A stretch of DNA of 64,000 bases, taken from contig JAADGJ010000061.1 of NCBI GenBank assembly GCA_013152435.1, positions 5,034 to 69,033 of the forward strand. Reading direction: 5' to 3'. Shown here in pieces: positions 30,421 through 39,913 of this stretch. Position numbers and translations under genes: made by a program. The notes below the pieces were generated by a model. The model had not been told where the DNA came from. It searched no databases and saw only the letters and a program-made list of their open reading frames with translations. This DNA comes from Chloroflexota bacterium (lineage in GTDB: Bacteria > Chloroflexota > Anaerolineae > DUEN01). Within the stretch, counting starts at the first letter, position 1; each line of letters begins with the position of its first letter.

Positions 30421-30627
30421 GTCCGTGTTCCTCCACGAGGGCTGTGCGAGCACCTTTCCTTCAGTGCAAAGCGATGCCGCCATGCCGGCAGTCCTGCTTG
30501 CAGCGTACCATGATTGTCCCGGTTAGGCAATCCCCCTGCAGTATGCAGAGTAGGAGCCGTCGGAAGCGGATTCTGCCCGATCATTTGCCATCATGGCGGC
30601 TCTGCATTACAATAGTGCCGGTTTCGG

Positions 30628-30650
30628 AAATAGAAACGGGAATTCTATTT
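30628..30650. promoter_or_regulatory. perfect 8-bp inverted repeat AAATAGAA-N7-TTCTATTT, candidate IclR operator
   Basis: Lies in the divergent intergenic region upstream of the IclR gene and peptide locus 2. IclR regulators bind palindromes of this size. Confidence 0.3.
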
Positions 30651-30916
30651 TCGCAGCTCATTACCTCGCAGGCCGGGACATCCGTCCTGGCCACATGGTT
30701 GATTTCTCTCCCCAAAGGCGTGGCGAACAAGTGAATGAAGAGGATCCTGCGGTCCTGCAGGAGGCGTGCGGATAGGGTGCCCCTGGAGGGCGGGTGTTAT
30801 CCTCGCGTGTAAGGGGCTTCGGGGGTTGTAGGCGCTTGCCGGAGAGCCGGGCGGTGCTCCGGCGGGGCAACCTCCTGAGCCACCGGGTGAAAACGATCCT
30901 ATGGTGTGATAGGGCT

Positions 30917-31714
30917 ATGCCGGAATCGTCCGTTTCTCATCTTAAGACGTTAGATCGGGCTCTTCAAGTTCTCTCCCTCTTCAGCGTGGAACAGCCGGAG
31001 TGGGACTACACGTGCATGGCCGAGACCCTGGGCCTGCACAAGAGCATCGTCTATCGAATCCTCACCACGTTCGAGCGGTACGGATATGTGATGCGCCAGC
31101 CGGCCAGCGGACGATTCCGTCTTGGATTCCGCTTCGTGGAGTTGGGCAACCTGGTTTTGTCCAACATCGACCTGCGTACGATCGCCCATCCCTTCATGGA
31201 GGACCTGGTGCGCGCCGTGCGTGAGACGGCCTTCCTGACCGTCGTGAGCGGCCATGAGAGCGTATGCATCGATCGAGCGGAGAGCCCGCACCTGCTCCGG
31301 CTGACCATGGAGATCGGTGGACGATATCCCCTGTACGCCGGCGCGTCGAATCGGTTGCTCATGGCCTACCTGCCGGAGGAGGAGATCGAGGCGATCATCG
31401 CCAAGGGGCTGAAGGCTTACACGCCGAACACACTGGTCGATCCCGATGCGCTACGCGCTTCCCTGGCCGAGATCCGGCGTCAGGGATATGCGTTGAGCTC
31501 CTCGGAGTTGACGCCGGGGATGTCCGCCCTCTCGGTGCCGCTCAGGAACAGCAATCACGAGGTCGTGGCCGCGCTCAGCCTGGCCGGCCCCAGCGAGCGG
31601 TTCGGCGATGATCGCTGGCCGGAGATGCTGACCCGGCTCCAGGCCACCGCGGAGGCGATCTCACAGCGGCTGCTGGCCTGGCGGGTGCCGCAGTCCGGCC
31701 GGGCCGGGCTCTGA
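30917..31714 (+). CDS. IclR-family transcriptional regulator
   Basis: N-terminal wHTH (LDRALQVLSLF...TLGLHKSIVYRILTTFERYGYV) plus an IclR effector domain. Start reassigned to the ATG at 30917. Confidence 0.8.
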   Translation: MPESSVSHLKTLDRALQVLSLFSVEQPEWDYTCMAETLGLHKSIVYRILTTFERYGYVMRQPASGRFRLGFRFVELGNLVLSNIDLRTIAHPFMEDLVRAVRETAFLTVVSGHESVCIDRAESPHLLRLTMEIGGRYPLYAGASNRLLMAYLPEEEIEAIIAKGLKAYTPNTLVDPDALRASLAEIRRQGYALSSSELTPGMSALSVPLRNSNHEVVAALSLAGPSERFGDDRWPEMLTRLQATAEAISQRLLAWRVPQSGRAGL

Positions 31715-31867
31715 TCGAGGCGGGCGTCTCCCGTTGTGATGGCATTCAGAGATGGGTTTGTTTCGCCTTCCCCAACCAGTTCGCTGGAGAGGAGGTGGTG
31801 TCTTGCAGAGAGATCGCGTGGTCGTCGTATCCGCTTCATACAATCATCACCGAGAGGAGGTCTGAAC

Positions 31868-33541
31868 ATGAGAGACTCTCGTCAGTGGCTGGTCCTGCCC
31901 AGCTTGATCGTCGTGTTGGCGTTGTTGCTGGCAGCCTGTGCCCCCTCCACGCCAGCTCCGGCGGAGGCCCCCGCGGCTGAGGAGGCGACTCAGCCGGCCG
32001 AGGAGGCACCCGCGGCCGAGGAACCCCAGGAAGTGGTCTTCACGTATGTAGAGGGCCAGGTCGTCAGCACCATCGACCCGGCCAAGCACGTGGATGAGTC
32101 CTCCCTCCACGCGGTCATCAACCTGTACGATCCGCTCGTGCGCCCGAAGCTGGAGGAGAACTCCATGGAGCCAGGGCCGTGGGTGGCGGAGAGCTGGACC
32201 GTCTCCGATGATGGTCTGACCTACACCTTCAAGATCCGCCAGGGGATCAAGTTCCATGATGGCAGCGAGCTCACCGCGGAGGACGTGCAGTTCTCCATGG
32301 AGCGGATGCTGGCGCTGAAGAAGGGCTTCTCCTGGCTGTGGAACGGCGTCCTGGAGCCGGGCAGCATCGAGGTGCCGGACGACTACACCGTCGTCTTCCA
32401 TCTGAAGCAGCCTTACGCCCCCTTCCTGGCCACGCTGATCCAGCTCTTCATCGTCAACAAGGATCTGGTGATGGCCAACCTGCAGCCGGGCGACTTCGGC
32501 GAGATGCAGGATTATGGCCAGGCGTTCCTGGAGGAGAACGAGGCCGGGTCCGGCCCGTACGTGAAGGAGGCCTGGGAGCGCGGTTCGAAGTTCGTCTTCC
32601 GGCGATTCCCCGACTACTGGAAGGGATGGGAGCCCGGCCAGATCGATAAGGTGAACTACCTGATCGTCACGGAGGAGGCGACCAAGAAGACCCTGCTCCA
32701 GTCGGGTGAGGCCGACATGGTCGACCAGTGGATGACCGTGGAGAGCTACGAGGAGCTGGCCAAGAACCCGGACATCACCGTCCAGGTCGATCCCAGCGTG
32801 CAGCTCTTCCATCTGCCCATGAACACCCAGAAGGCGCCCACGGATAACATCCACCTGCGCAAGGCCATCGCCTACGCGTTCGACTACGAGACGGCCGTCA
32901 AGGAGATCATCCCCGGCTCCGTGCAGGCGGCAGGTCCGGTGCCCGTGCGGGCCTGGGGCCATGCGGATGACGTGTTCGTCTACTACCAGGACATGGAGGA
33001 GGCCAAGAAGCACTTCGAGGCGTCCGGGTTCAAGCCGGGCGAGGTGGAGCTGGATTACTGGTTCCCGGCTTCGGTGCCCATGGAGCGCAAGATCGGCCTC
33101 CTGCTGGCGTCCAACCTGCAGGAACTGGGCATCAAGCTCAACATCAACCCCGTGCAGTGGGCGAACATCACCGAGGCCGCGACCAGCGTGGAGACCTCGC
33201 CTCACCTGACCGGCATCTTCGACACGCTGAAGTACCCCCATCCGGATAGCCATACCTACGGTATGTATCACCCGTCGTGCTGGGGGAGCTATCGCTGTCT
33301 GTCCTGGTACGACAACCCGGAGGTGACGGCGCTTCTGGAGAAGGCGCGAGCCACGGTCGATCCTGAGGAGCAGATCGAGCTCTACAAGGAAGCGCAGCGC
33401 AAGATCGTCATGGACGCGCCCAGCATCTACATCGCCAACCCGGCCCATCGCATCGCCTATCGCAACCGCGTGAAGGGCTATACGTACGTGGGCCTGCTGG
33501 GCTGGGATCTGTCGTTCTACACGCTACGTATCGAGGACTGA
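31868..33541 (+). CDS. ABC transporter substrate-binding lipoprotein, family 5 (peptide)
   Basis: Start at the ATG at 31868 (RBS GAGAGGAGG). Signal/lipobox LALLLAAC followed by an Ala/Pro/Glu-rich linker. Paralogous to the 4322 SBP (shared WTVSDDGLTYTFKIRQGIKFHDG block). Confidence 0.85.
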   Translation: MRDSRQWLVLPSLIVVLALLLAACAPSTPAPAEAPAAEEATQPAEEAPAAEEPQEVVFTYVEGQVVSTIDPAKHVDESSLHAVINLYDPLVRPKLEENSMEPGPWVAESWTVSDDGLTYTFKIRQGIKFHDGSELTAEDVQFSMERMLALKKGFSWLWNGVLEPGSIEVPDDYTVVFHLKQPYAPFLATLIQLFIVNKDLVMANLQPGDFGEMQDYGQAFLEENEAGSGPYVKEAWERGSKFVFRRFPDYWKGWEPGQIDKVNYLIVTEEATKKTLLQSGEADMVDQWMTVESYEELAKNPDITVQVDPSVQLFHLPMNTQKAPTDNIHLRKAIAYAFDYETAVKEIIPGSVQAAGPVPVRAWGHADDVFVYYQDMEEAKKHFEASGFKPGEVELDYWFPASVPMERKIGLLLASNLQELGIKLNINPVQWANITEAATSVETSPHLTGIFDTLKYPHPDSHTYGMYHPSCWGSYRCLSWYDNPEVTALLEKARATVDPEEQIELYKEAQRKIVMDAPSIYIANPAHRIAYRNRVKGYTYVGLLGWDLSFYTLRIED

Positions 33542-33559
33542 CGTCTGAGATGTGGCGCT

Positions 33560-33590
33560 GGTGGGGGCAGGGCATCGCTTTGCCCCCACC
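33560..33590 (+). promoter_or_regulatory. GC-rich stem-loop between the SBP and permease genes (no U-tract; likely mRNA stabiliser/attenuator)
   Basis: GGTGGGGGCA-loop-TGCCCCCACC, a perfect 10-bp stem. Confidence 0.3.
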
Positions 33591-33610
33591 GGCCCGTTGG
33601 GGTATGGCCC

Positions 33611-34618
33611 ATGTACTACGAGTACCTGATTCGACGCTTGCTGCAGATGATCCCCGTCCTGTTGGGGATCTCGATCCTGATCTTCATCCTCTCTCGGGTG
33701 GTCCCCGGCGATCCAGTGCGTTTGGCGCTGGGGCCGGAGGCTACGCAGGAGCAGATCGAGGCGTATCGCAAAGAATTGGGGTTGGATCAGCCGATCCATA
33801 TCCAGTACCTGAACTACCTGCGTGGCCTGACCCACGGTCAGCTCGGCCGATCGTTGCGCACAAATCGTGATGTTATCAAGGATATTCGAGATTTCTTTCC
33901 GGCGACCTTCGAGCTGACCACGGTGGCCATGGTCTTCGCCGTGCTGGTGGGCATACCGCTGGGCATCACCTCCGCATTGCACAAGGACGCCTGGCAGGAT
34001 CAGGGGACCCGGGTGCTGGCGTTATCCGGTGTGGCGCTGCCCCGCTTCTGGTTGGGCATCCTGTTGCAGCTGGTGTTCGCCTATTGGCTGGGGATCTTGC
34101 CCACCATCGGGCGGGCCAGCCAACCGCCCCAACACATCACCGGGTTGTATCTGCTGGATAGCCTGTTGACCGGGGATGCCCGCGCGTTCTGGGACAGCCT
34201 CAGGCATATCGCGCTGCCCGCCTTCACCCTCTCGCTGGCCACGCTGGCCCAGATCATGCGGCTCACCCGCGCCTCGATGATCGAGCAGATGCGGATGGAG
34301 TATATCCAGGCCTCTCGCGCCTATGGACTGCCTGAGAACCTCATCGTTTATAAGTACATGTTGAAGAACGCGTTCACCTCCACGCTGACCATCATCGGGT
34401 TGACATATGGGTTCCTCCTGGGGAACGCCTTTCTGGTGGAGTTCGTGTTCGCGTGGCCGGGCATGGCCCGGTACGGCGCGCAGGCGGTCATTTACAAGGA
34501 TTTCAACGCGGTGGTGGCGGTGACGACCGTGGTCGGTATCGCTTATCTCCTCGTGAATTTCGTGGTGGATCTGCTCTACGGGTTCCTGGATCCACGCATC
34601 CGTTTGGGAGCGCGCTAG
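33611..34618 (+). CDS. peptide ABC transporter permease (DppB-like)
   Basis: Multi-TM BPD-transporter permease, paralogous to 6635..7699. Confidence 0.85.
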   Translation: MYYEYLIRRLLQMIPVLLGISILIFILSRVVPGDPVRLALGPEATQEQIEAYRKELGLDQPIHIQYLNYLRGLTHGQLGRSLRTNRDVIKDIRDFFPATFELTTVAMVFAVLVGIPLGITSALHKDAWQDQGTRVLALSGVALPRFWLGILLQLVFAYWLGILPTIGRASQPPQHITGLYLLDSLLTGDARAFWDSLRHIALPAFTLSLATLAQIMRLTRASMIEQMRMEYIQASRAYGLPENLIVYKYMLKNAFTSTLTIIGLTYGFLLGNAFLVEFVFAWPGMARYGAQAVIYKDFNAVVAVTTVVGIAYLLVNFVVDLLYGFLDPRIRLGAR

Positions 34619-35551
34619 ATGAGCACAGATCAAGGTGGCACGAACGCTTTGGCGGCCTCGGTGGGCGATCCCATGAGGTTGCAGGCGGGACGCCGGGAGG
34701 AGTGGCGGCGCGCCTGGTATCGGATGCGCCGGAGCGCGGTCTCCCTGGTCGGCCTGGGGATCGTGTTGACTGTGATCCTGGCCGCCATCTTCGCCCCGTA
34801 CATCACCCCGTACCCCGAGGATGCGGGGAACGCGGTTCACTTCGCCAACGCTCATGAGCCGCCCAGCATGAAGCACCTCTTCGGCACCGATGAGATCGGC
34901 CGTGACGTGCTGACGCGCGTGGTCTTCGGCGCCCGGATCTCCCTGGTGTTGGGGATCGTGGTGCTCTCCATCGCCATCGGGATCGGCGTCCCGCTGGGGC
35001 TGATCGCCGGGTATTGGGGCGGCCGGGTGAGCACGATCATCATGCGAACGACCGACATCTTCCTGGCCATCCCGCCTCTGGTGCTGGCATTGGCCGTGAG
35101 CGCGGCGCTGACGCCCAACCTGACCACTTCCATGGTCGCCATCGCCTTTGGCTGGTGGCCGTGGTTCACCCGGCTGGTGTACGGCGAGGTGCTGTCGGTC
35201 AAGGAGGAGCTGTTCGTCGAGGCCGCGTACTCTCTGGGCGCCGGCCGTTTGCGCATCGCGTTCAAGGAGATCCTCCCGAACGTGCTCTCCCCGATCCTGG
35301 TCAAAGGGACCCTGGATATGGGATTCGTGATCCTGATCGGCGCCAGCCTCTCGTTCCTCGGGTTGGGGGCCCAGCCGCCCTCACCGGCCTGGGGGACGTC
35401 CATCGCCGAGGGGCGTGTGTATCTGCCCGGAGCCTGGTGGGCGGCCACCTTCCCCGGACTGGCCATCTTCGTCACCGTCCTCGGCTTCAACCTGCTGGGG
35501 GACGGGCTGCGGGACATCTTCGATGTGGAAGTCGAGCGCTGGGGGGTGTGA
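34619..35551 (+). CDS. peptide ABC transporter permease (DppC-like)
   Basis: Multi-TM permease, paralogous to 7721..8764. Its stop overlaps the next start (ATGA). Confidence 0.85.
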   Translation: MSTDQGGTNALAASVGDPMRLQAGRREEWRRAWYRMRRSAVSLVGLGIVLTVILAAIFAPYITPYPEDAGNAVHFANAHEPPSMKHLFGTDEIGRDVLTRVVFGARISLVLGIVVLSIAIGIGVPLGLIAGYWGGRVSTIIMRTTDIFLAIPPLVLALAVSAALTPNLTTSMVAIAFGWWPWFTRLVYGEVLSVKEELFVEAAYSLGAGRLRIAFKEILPNVLSPILVKGTLDMGFVILIGASLSFLGLGAQPPSPAWGTSIAEGRVYLPGAWWAATFPGLAIFVTVLGFNLLGDGLRDIFDVEVERWGV

Positions 35552-36582
35552 TGGCCGAGTTCCTGTTGGACGTGCGCGATCTTCACGTCGAGTTCGGCGG
35601 ATACGAGGGCCTGGCTCGCGTCATCGATGGGGTCAGCCTGTATGTGCGCCGGGGGGAGACGGTTGGCCTGGTGGGGGAGACGGGATGCGGCAAGTCGGTG
35701 ACGGCCCGGGCGGTGATGGGGCTGTTGCCCGGCACCGCTCGCATCACGCAGGGGGAGATCCTCTTCAAGGGGCAGAACCTGCTGGACCTGGACCCGCAGG
35801 CGATGCAGACCCAGGTGCGCGGCCGCGGCATTTCCATGATCTTCCAGGACCCCATGAGCTCGTTGAACCCGGTGTTCACCATCGGCGAGCAGTTGAGCGA
35901 TGTGATCCGCTGGCAGGGCGTCTCTCGGGTGGGGTTGCTCCACTACCTGCGCCGTTCGCTGGACCGCGAGGAGCGCAGACGGATCGAGGATCGGGTGGTG
36001 GAGATGCTGGACAAGGTGCGTATCCCCACGCCGCGGGAGATGTTGAACCGGTATCCGGTGCAGCTATCGGGCGGGATGCGGCAGCGGGTGTTGATCGCCC
36101 TGGCCCTGATCAATCGCCCGGAGCTGGTCATCGCCGATGAGCCTGGGACCGCGTTAGACGTCTCCATCCAGGATCAGATCCTGGCCCTGATCCGGGATCT
36201 GGTCGCCAGCGAGGGGATCTCCGTCCTCTACATCACCCACGATCTGGGCGTGGCCCGGTCTCTGTGCGATCGGATCTACGTGATGTACGCGGGCCAGGTG
36301 GCGGAGACGGCGCCGGCCGAATCCCTGTTTCGCGAGCAGTATCACCCCTACACGCGGGGCCTGCTCGATTCGATCCCCCGGCTGACCGGCCGATTGGGGG
36401 AGGGGATCGAGGGGCGCATCCCGGATTATCGCTCGCCGTTGCGGGGGTGCCGCTTCTACGACCGTTGCCCGCGCCGCATGCCTCACTGCCAGGACGTGCG
36501 GCCGGAGCCCATCGAGATGGCGCCGGAGCATTTCGTGGCCTGCCACCTGTATTCCGATGACTCAGCAGGGGGTGCGTCGTGA
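35551..36582 (+). CDS. peptide ABC transporter ATP-binding protein (DppD-like)
   Basis: Start reassigned to the ATG at 35551 (MAEFLLDVRDLHVEF...). Walker A GETGCGKS, signature LSGGMRQR. Confidence 0.85.
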   Translation: MAEFLLDVRDLHVEFGGYEGLARVIDGVSLYVRRGETVGLVGETGCGKSVTARAVMGLLPGTARITQGEILFKGQNLLDLDPQAMQTQVRGRGISMIFQDPMSSLNPVFTIGEQLSDVIRWQGVSRVGLLHYLRRSLDREERRRIEDRVVEMLDKVRIPTPREMLNRYPVQLSGGMRQRVLIALALINRPELVIADEPGTALDVSIQDQILALIRDLVASEGISVLYITHDLGVARSLCDRIYVMYAGQVAETAPAESLFREQYHPYTRGLLDSIPRLTGRLGEGIEGRIPDYRSPLRGCRFYDRCPRRMPHCQDVRPEPIEMAPEHFVACHLYSDDSAGGAS

Positions 36583-37589
36583 GCCAGCCTGAGAACGGAT
36601 ATCTGCTGGCGGCGCGAGGGCTGACCAAACACTTTCCGATCTATCGCGGCATCGTCCTGCAGCGGCAGGTCGGGGCCGTCCGGGCCGTGGACCAGGTGGA
36701 CCTCACCATCATGCCCGGCGAGACGCTGGCGTTGGTGGGGGAATCCGGGTCGGGCAAGACCACCATCGGCAAGCTGTTGATCCGGGTCCTGCGTCCTACG
36801 GCCGGGGAGATCTGGTTCGGCGGACAGGATATCGCCCATCTGGACGACGCGGCGTTGCGGCCCGTCCGTCGTCGGATGCAGATGGTGTATCAGGACCCTA
36901 CCTCCTCCTTGAACCCGCGTCGCCGTGTGAAGGACATCATTGAGGATCCGTTGGTGATCCATAAGATCGGCGACGCGGCCCAGCGGGCCAGCCGGGTGGA
37001 GGAGCTGCTTCACCTGGTGGAGCTGCCGGTGGAGTTCGCCTATCGCTATCCCAACGCGCTCAGCGGCGGCCAGAAACAGCGGGTGGGGATCGCCCGGGCG
37101 CTTGCCCTCAATCCGGCCTTCATCGTCCTGGATGAGCCCACATCGGCTCTGGACGTGTCCGTGCAGGCCAAGATCATCGCCCTGCTCAAGCGGTTGCAGG
37201 CGGAGTTAGGGCTGACGTACCTCTTCATCACCCACGATTTGCGGGTGGTGCGGAACCTGGCCACCCGGGTGGGGGTGATGTACCTGGGGCGCATCGTGGA
37301 ACAGGCGCCCACGGAGATCCTGTACGCCAACCCGGCGCACCCCTACACGCGAGCGCTGCTGTCCGCCATCCCGGCGCTGGACGAGGAGGAGCTGGCCGCG
37401 ATCCCCCAGAAGGTCCCTTTGCAGGGCGAGATCCCCAGCGCTGCCCATGTGCCTCCCGGATGCGCCTTTCACCCGCGCTGTCCGGCCCGCTTCGCCCCGT
37501 GCGATCGCGTGGTCCCGCGGGAGAGCGTGGTGGCAGAGGGACATCTCGTGCGCTGCCATCTGTACGACCCCGAGTATGCGCCCGCGTAG
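36579..37589 (+). CDS. peptide ABC transporter ATP-binding protein (DppF-like)
   Basis: Walker A GESGSGKTT, signature LSGGQKQR. GTG start overlapping the previous stop (GTGA). Confidence 0.85.
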   Translation: MSQPENGYLLAARGLTKHFPIYRGIVLQRQVGAVRAVDQVDLTIMPGETLALVGESGSGKTTIGKLLIRVLRPTAGEIWFGGQDIAHLDDAALRPVRRRMQMVYQDPTSSLNPRRRVKDIIEDPLVIHKIGDAAQRASRVEELLHLVELPVEFAYRYPNALSGGQKQRVGIARALALNPAFIVLDEPTSALDVSVQAKIIALLKRLQAELGLTYLFITHDLRVVRNLATRVGVMYLGRIVEQAPTEILYANPAHPYTRALLSAIPALDEEELAAIPQKVPLQGEIPSAAHVPPGCAFHPRCPARFAPCDRVVPRESVVAEGHLVRCHLYDPEYAPA

Positions 37590-37778
37590 CAGCGGGCTGG
37601 GCCCGGGCAGGCCAGAGGCTGTAGCGGAGGCGAGCTGACGAGTCGTCCCCCCGGGCCTTCCCAGGGAAGCGGTCAAAGGCGCCCGTGACGGTCTTTGCCA
37701 CACGTCGCGCTCAGGTGTGGCGCTGCCACCGGCGGAGCGCCTCTACTTAATGTGCTCTGTTTCGGAGGTTGAGCTGTC

Positions 37779-38834
37779 ATGACGTTGATCGACGCCGATG
37801 TCATTCAGGATGCCGTGGTCCGGATGTTGCAGGTGAATATGGGGCTGCGAGCGGGGGAGCGGCTGCTGGTCGTCAGCGATTATCCCAATGAGATGCAGTG
37901 GTGTTCGGCGGATCCGTCGCTGTTGGAAAGCATCTGCCGACGGACGCTGCTGGGGCGGGCTGTGGCGGATATCGCCCGGGATCGCTTTCCCGACTCCTCC
38001 GTGACCTTCCTGGCCTTTCCCTCCACCGGCCAGAGCGGTAAGGAGCCGCCGCCGGATGTGGCGGCGGCCATGCGCCAGGCGCAAGTCGTCATCGCGATCA
38101 CGTCTTTCTCCCTCTCCCACACGGATGCCCGGGAAGGGGCGTGTCGGGCGGGCGCTCGCGTGGCCTCCATGCCGCGCTTCTTGCCGGAGATGTTCGAGCC
38201 GGGCGGGCCGATGGATGTGGATTACATGGCCGTGGAGCGGCGCACCCAGGCCATCGCCCGGGCCATCACCGGGGCGGAGGAGGTACGCGTCACGTCCCCG
38301 GACGGGACGGATATCCGCTTCAGCGTGGCCGACCGGCCGGGACAGGTGGATGCGGGCATTTACGATCGCCCTGGCGCGTGGGGGAATCTCCCGGCCGGGG
38401 AGGCGTACTGCACGCCGGTGGAGGGCTCCGGGCGAGGGCGGATCGTGGTCGTCCCGGGGTGGCACGCTCGCCTGGAGGAGCTCATGACGCTACATATCGA
38501 GAACGGCGAGCTGGTGGCCATCGACGGCGGCGGCCGCGTGGGAGAGGACCTGCGCGATCTGCTGCGCCCGGGCGATCCGTCGTCGCCCTATCGGGAGCGC
38601 CGGAACCTGGGCGAGTTCGGCGTTGGCACAAACCCGAACGCCCGGCGTGTGGATATCACTTTAGAGGCGGAGAAGATCATGGGGACGGTGCATCTGGCGC
38701 TGGGGGATAACTCGCACATGGGCGGACGGGTGAGCGCGGACTTCCACCAGGATTTCGTGGTCCCCAGGGCCAGCTTCTGGCTGGACGGCCGTCCGGTGAT
38801 GGAGAATGGTCAGCTGTTGATCGAGGAGGCGTAA
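37779..38834 (+). CDS. M29-like (aminopeptidase T/AmpS/NicX-fold) family protein, paralogue 1
   Basis: N-terminal pattern ...GLRAGERLLVVSD... and its length (351 aa) fit the aminopeptidase-T-like fold. Assignment is by motif recall, not by search. Confidence 0.45.
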   Translation: MTLIDADVIQDAVVRMLQVNMGLRAGERLLVVSDYPNEMQWCSADPSLLESICRRTLLGRAVADIARDRFPDSSVTFLAFPSTGQSGKEPPPDVAAAMRQAQVVIAITSFSLSHTDAREGACRAGARVASMPRFLPEMFEPGGPMDVDYMAVERRTQAIARAITGAEEVRVTSPDGTDIRFSVADRPGQVDAGIYDRPGAWGNLPAGEAYCTPVEGSGRGRIVVVPGWHARLEELMTLHIENGELVAIDGGGRVGEDLRDLLRPGDPSSPYRERRNLGEFGVGTNPNARRVDITLEAEKIMGTVHLALGDNSHMGGRVSADFHQDFVVPRASFWLDGRPVMENGQLLIEEA

Positions 38835-38839
38835 CGCGT

Positions 38840-39904
38840 ATGGAACTCGCGATTGGCACGGAACCCACCCCGACGTACCTGTCGTTTGAGCTAGCTCGCG
38901 GCGCTCGTCGGCTGATCGAGGACGTGATGCTGGTGAAGCCGGGCGAGAACGTGGTGATCACCGTGGACACCTCCAGTGATTGGCGGGTAGCCGAGGCCAC
39001 GGCCAGGGCCGCGTTCGCGGCGGGCGCCAGCCCGGTCGTCGTCTGGTACGAGGGGCGCCCGGACGCGGTCATGGAGCCCCCGCCTCCGGTGGCGGGAGCC
39101 ATCGCCCGCGCCGATGTGTGGATCGAGTACGCCGTAGCGTACATCCTGCACACGGAGGCGTACAAGGCCGCGTTGGCGAACGGATGTCGCTACATCTGCC
39201 TGACCGGCATGGATGTGGACATGATGGTCCGCACCATCGCCAATGTGGATTATCCCAAGATGATCGAGCTCAGCCACGTGTTGGGCGCGGCCATCGCCCA
39301 GGCGGACGAGATCCGGGTCACCAGCCCGGCGGGCACGGATCTGGTGGCGCGCATGGGCGGACGCAAGATCCGCTACTCCGGCAAGCTGGCGGATACGCCC
39401 GGCGAGCCCATCATGCTGGGCGGACAGATCTCCTGGTGCCCGCTGGAGGAGACCATCAACGGCACGCTGGTGTTCGATGGTGCCCTCTGGCCTCCCAAGG
39501 AGATCGGCCTGCTTCGTCAGCCCGTGCGCCTGACGGTGGAACAGGGGCGTGTGACCCGGGTGGAGGGGGGACCCGAGGCGAAGGTGCTGGAGCGCTGGTT
39601 CGCCTCCTTTGACAATCCGAACATCTATCGCATCGCGCACTACTCGCTGGGGTTCAACCCCGGCGTGACCCGGCCCACGGGGCGCATCGTCGAGGATGAG
39701 CGGGTGTTCGGCTGCATCGAGTTTGGCATCGGCAGCCAGGGGAAGCAGATCGGCGGCCCGGGCTGGGATGCCGGGGGACACACCGATGGCATCGTGCTCA
39801 ACCCGTCCATCTACCTGGACGGCGAGCCGCTGGAGGAGGAAGGGGTGTACGTCCGACCGGACGTCGTGGCCGCCTGTCGCGCGTTGGGCGTGCCAGGGTA
39901 CTGA
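38840..39904 (+). CDS. M29-like (aminopeptidase T/AmpS/NicX-fold) family protein, paralogue 2
   Basis: LVKPGENVVITVD...AAFAAGASPVVVWYEGRPD resembles the M29 N-terminal region. Tandem paralogue of the previous gene. Confidence 0.45.
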   Translation: MELAIGTEPTPTYLSFELARGARRLIEDVMLVKPGENVVITVDTSSDWRVAEATARAAFAAGASPVVVWYEGRPDAVMEPPPPVAGAIARADVWIEYAVAYILHTEAYKAALANGCRYICLTGMDVDMMVRTIANVDYPKMIELSHVLGAAIAQADEIRVTSPAGTDLVARMGGRKIRYSGKLADTPGEPIMLGGQISWCPLEETINGTLVFDGALWPPKEIGLLRQPVRLTVEQGRVTRVEGGPEAKVLERWFASFDNPNIYRIAHYSLGFNPGVTRPTGRIVEDERVFGCIEFGIGSQGKQIGGPGWDAGGHTDGIVLNPSIYLDGEPLEEEGVYVRPDVVAACRALGVPGY

Positions 39905-39913
39905 GTTTGGGGA

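Noticed and set aside
31847-33448. 533-aa minus-strand ORF opposite SBP 31868..33541; also 34852..35943 (-), 38891..40282 (-), 40457..41047 (-), 12028..12789 (-), 12139..12672 (+), 8826..9575 (-), 7996..9141 (+)
   Set aside because: All lie antisense to, or frame-shifted within, well-supported genes and have biased low-complexity composition.
35014-36582. 522-aa form of the ATPase gene starting at 35014
   Set aside because: The first 179 residues overlap the DppC-like permease in another frame. The ATG at 35551 overlaps the permease stop (ATGA) and begins the conserved ABC ATPase N-terminus.
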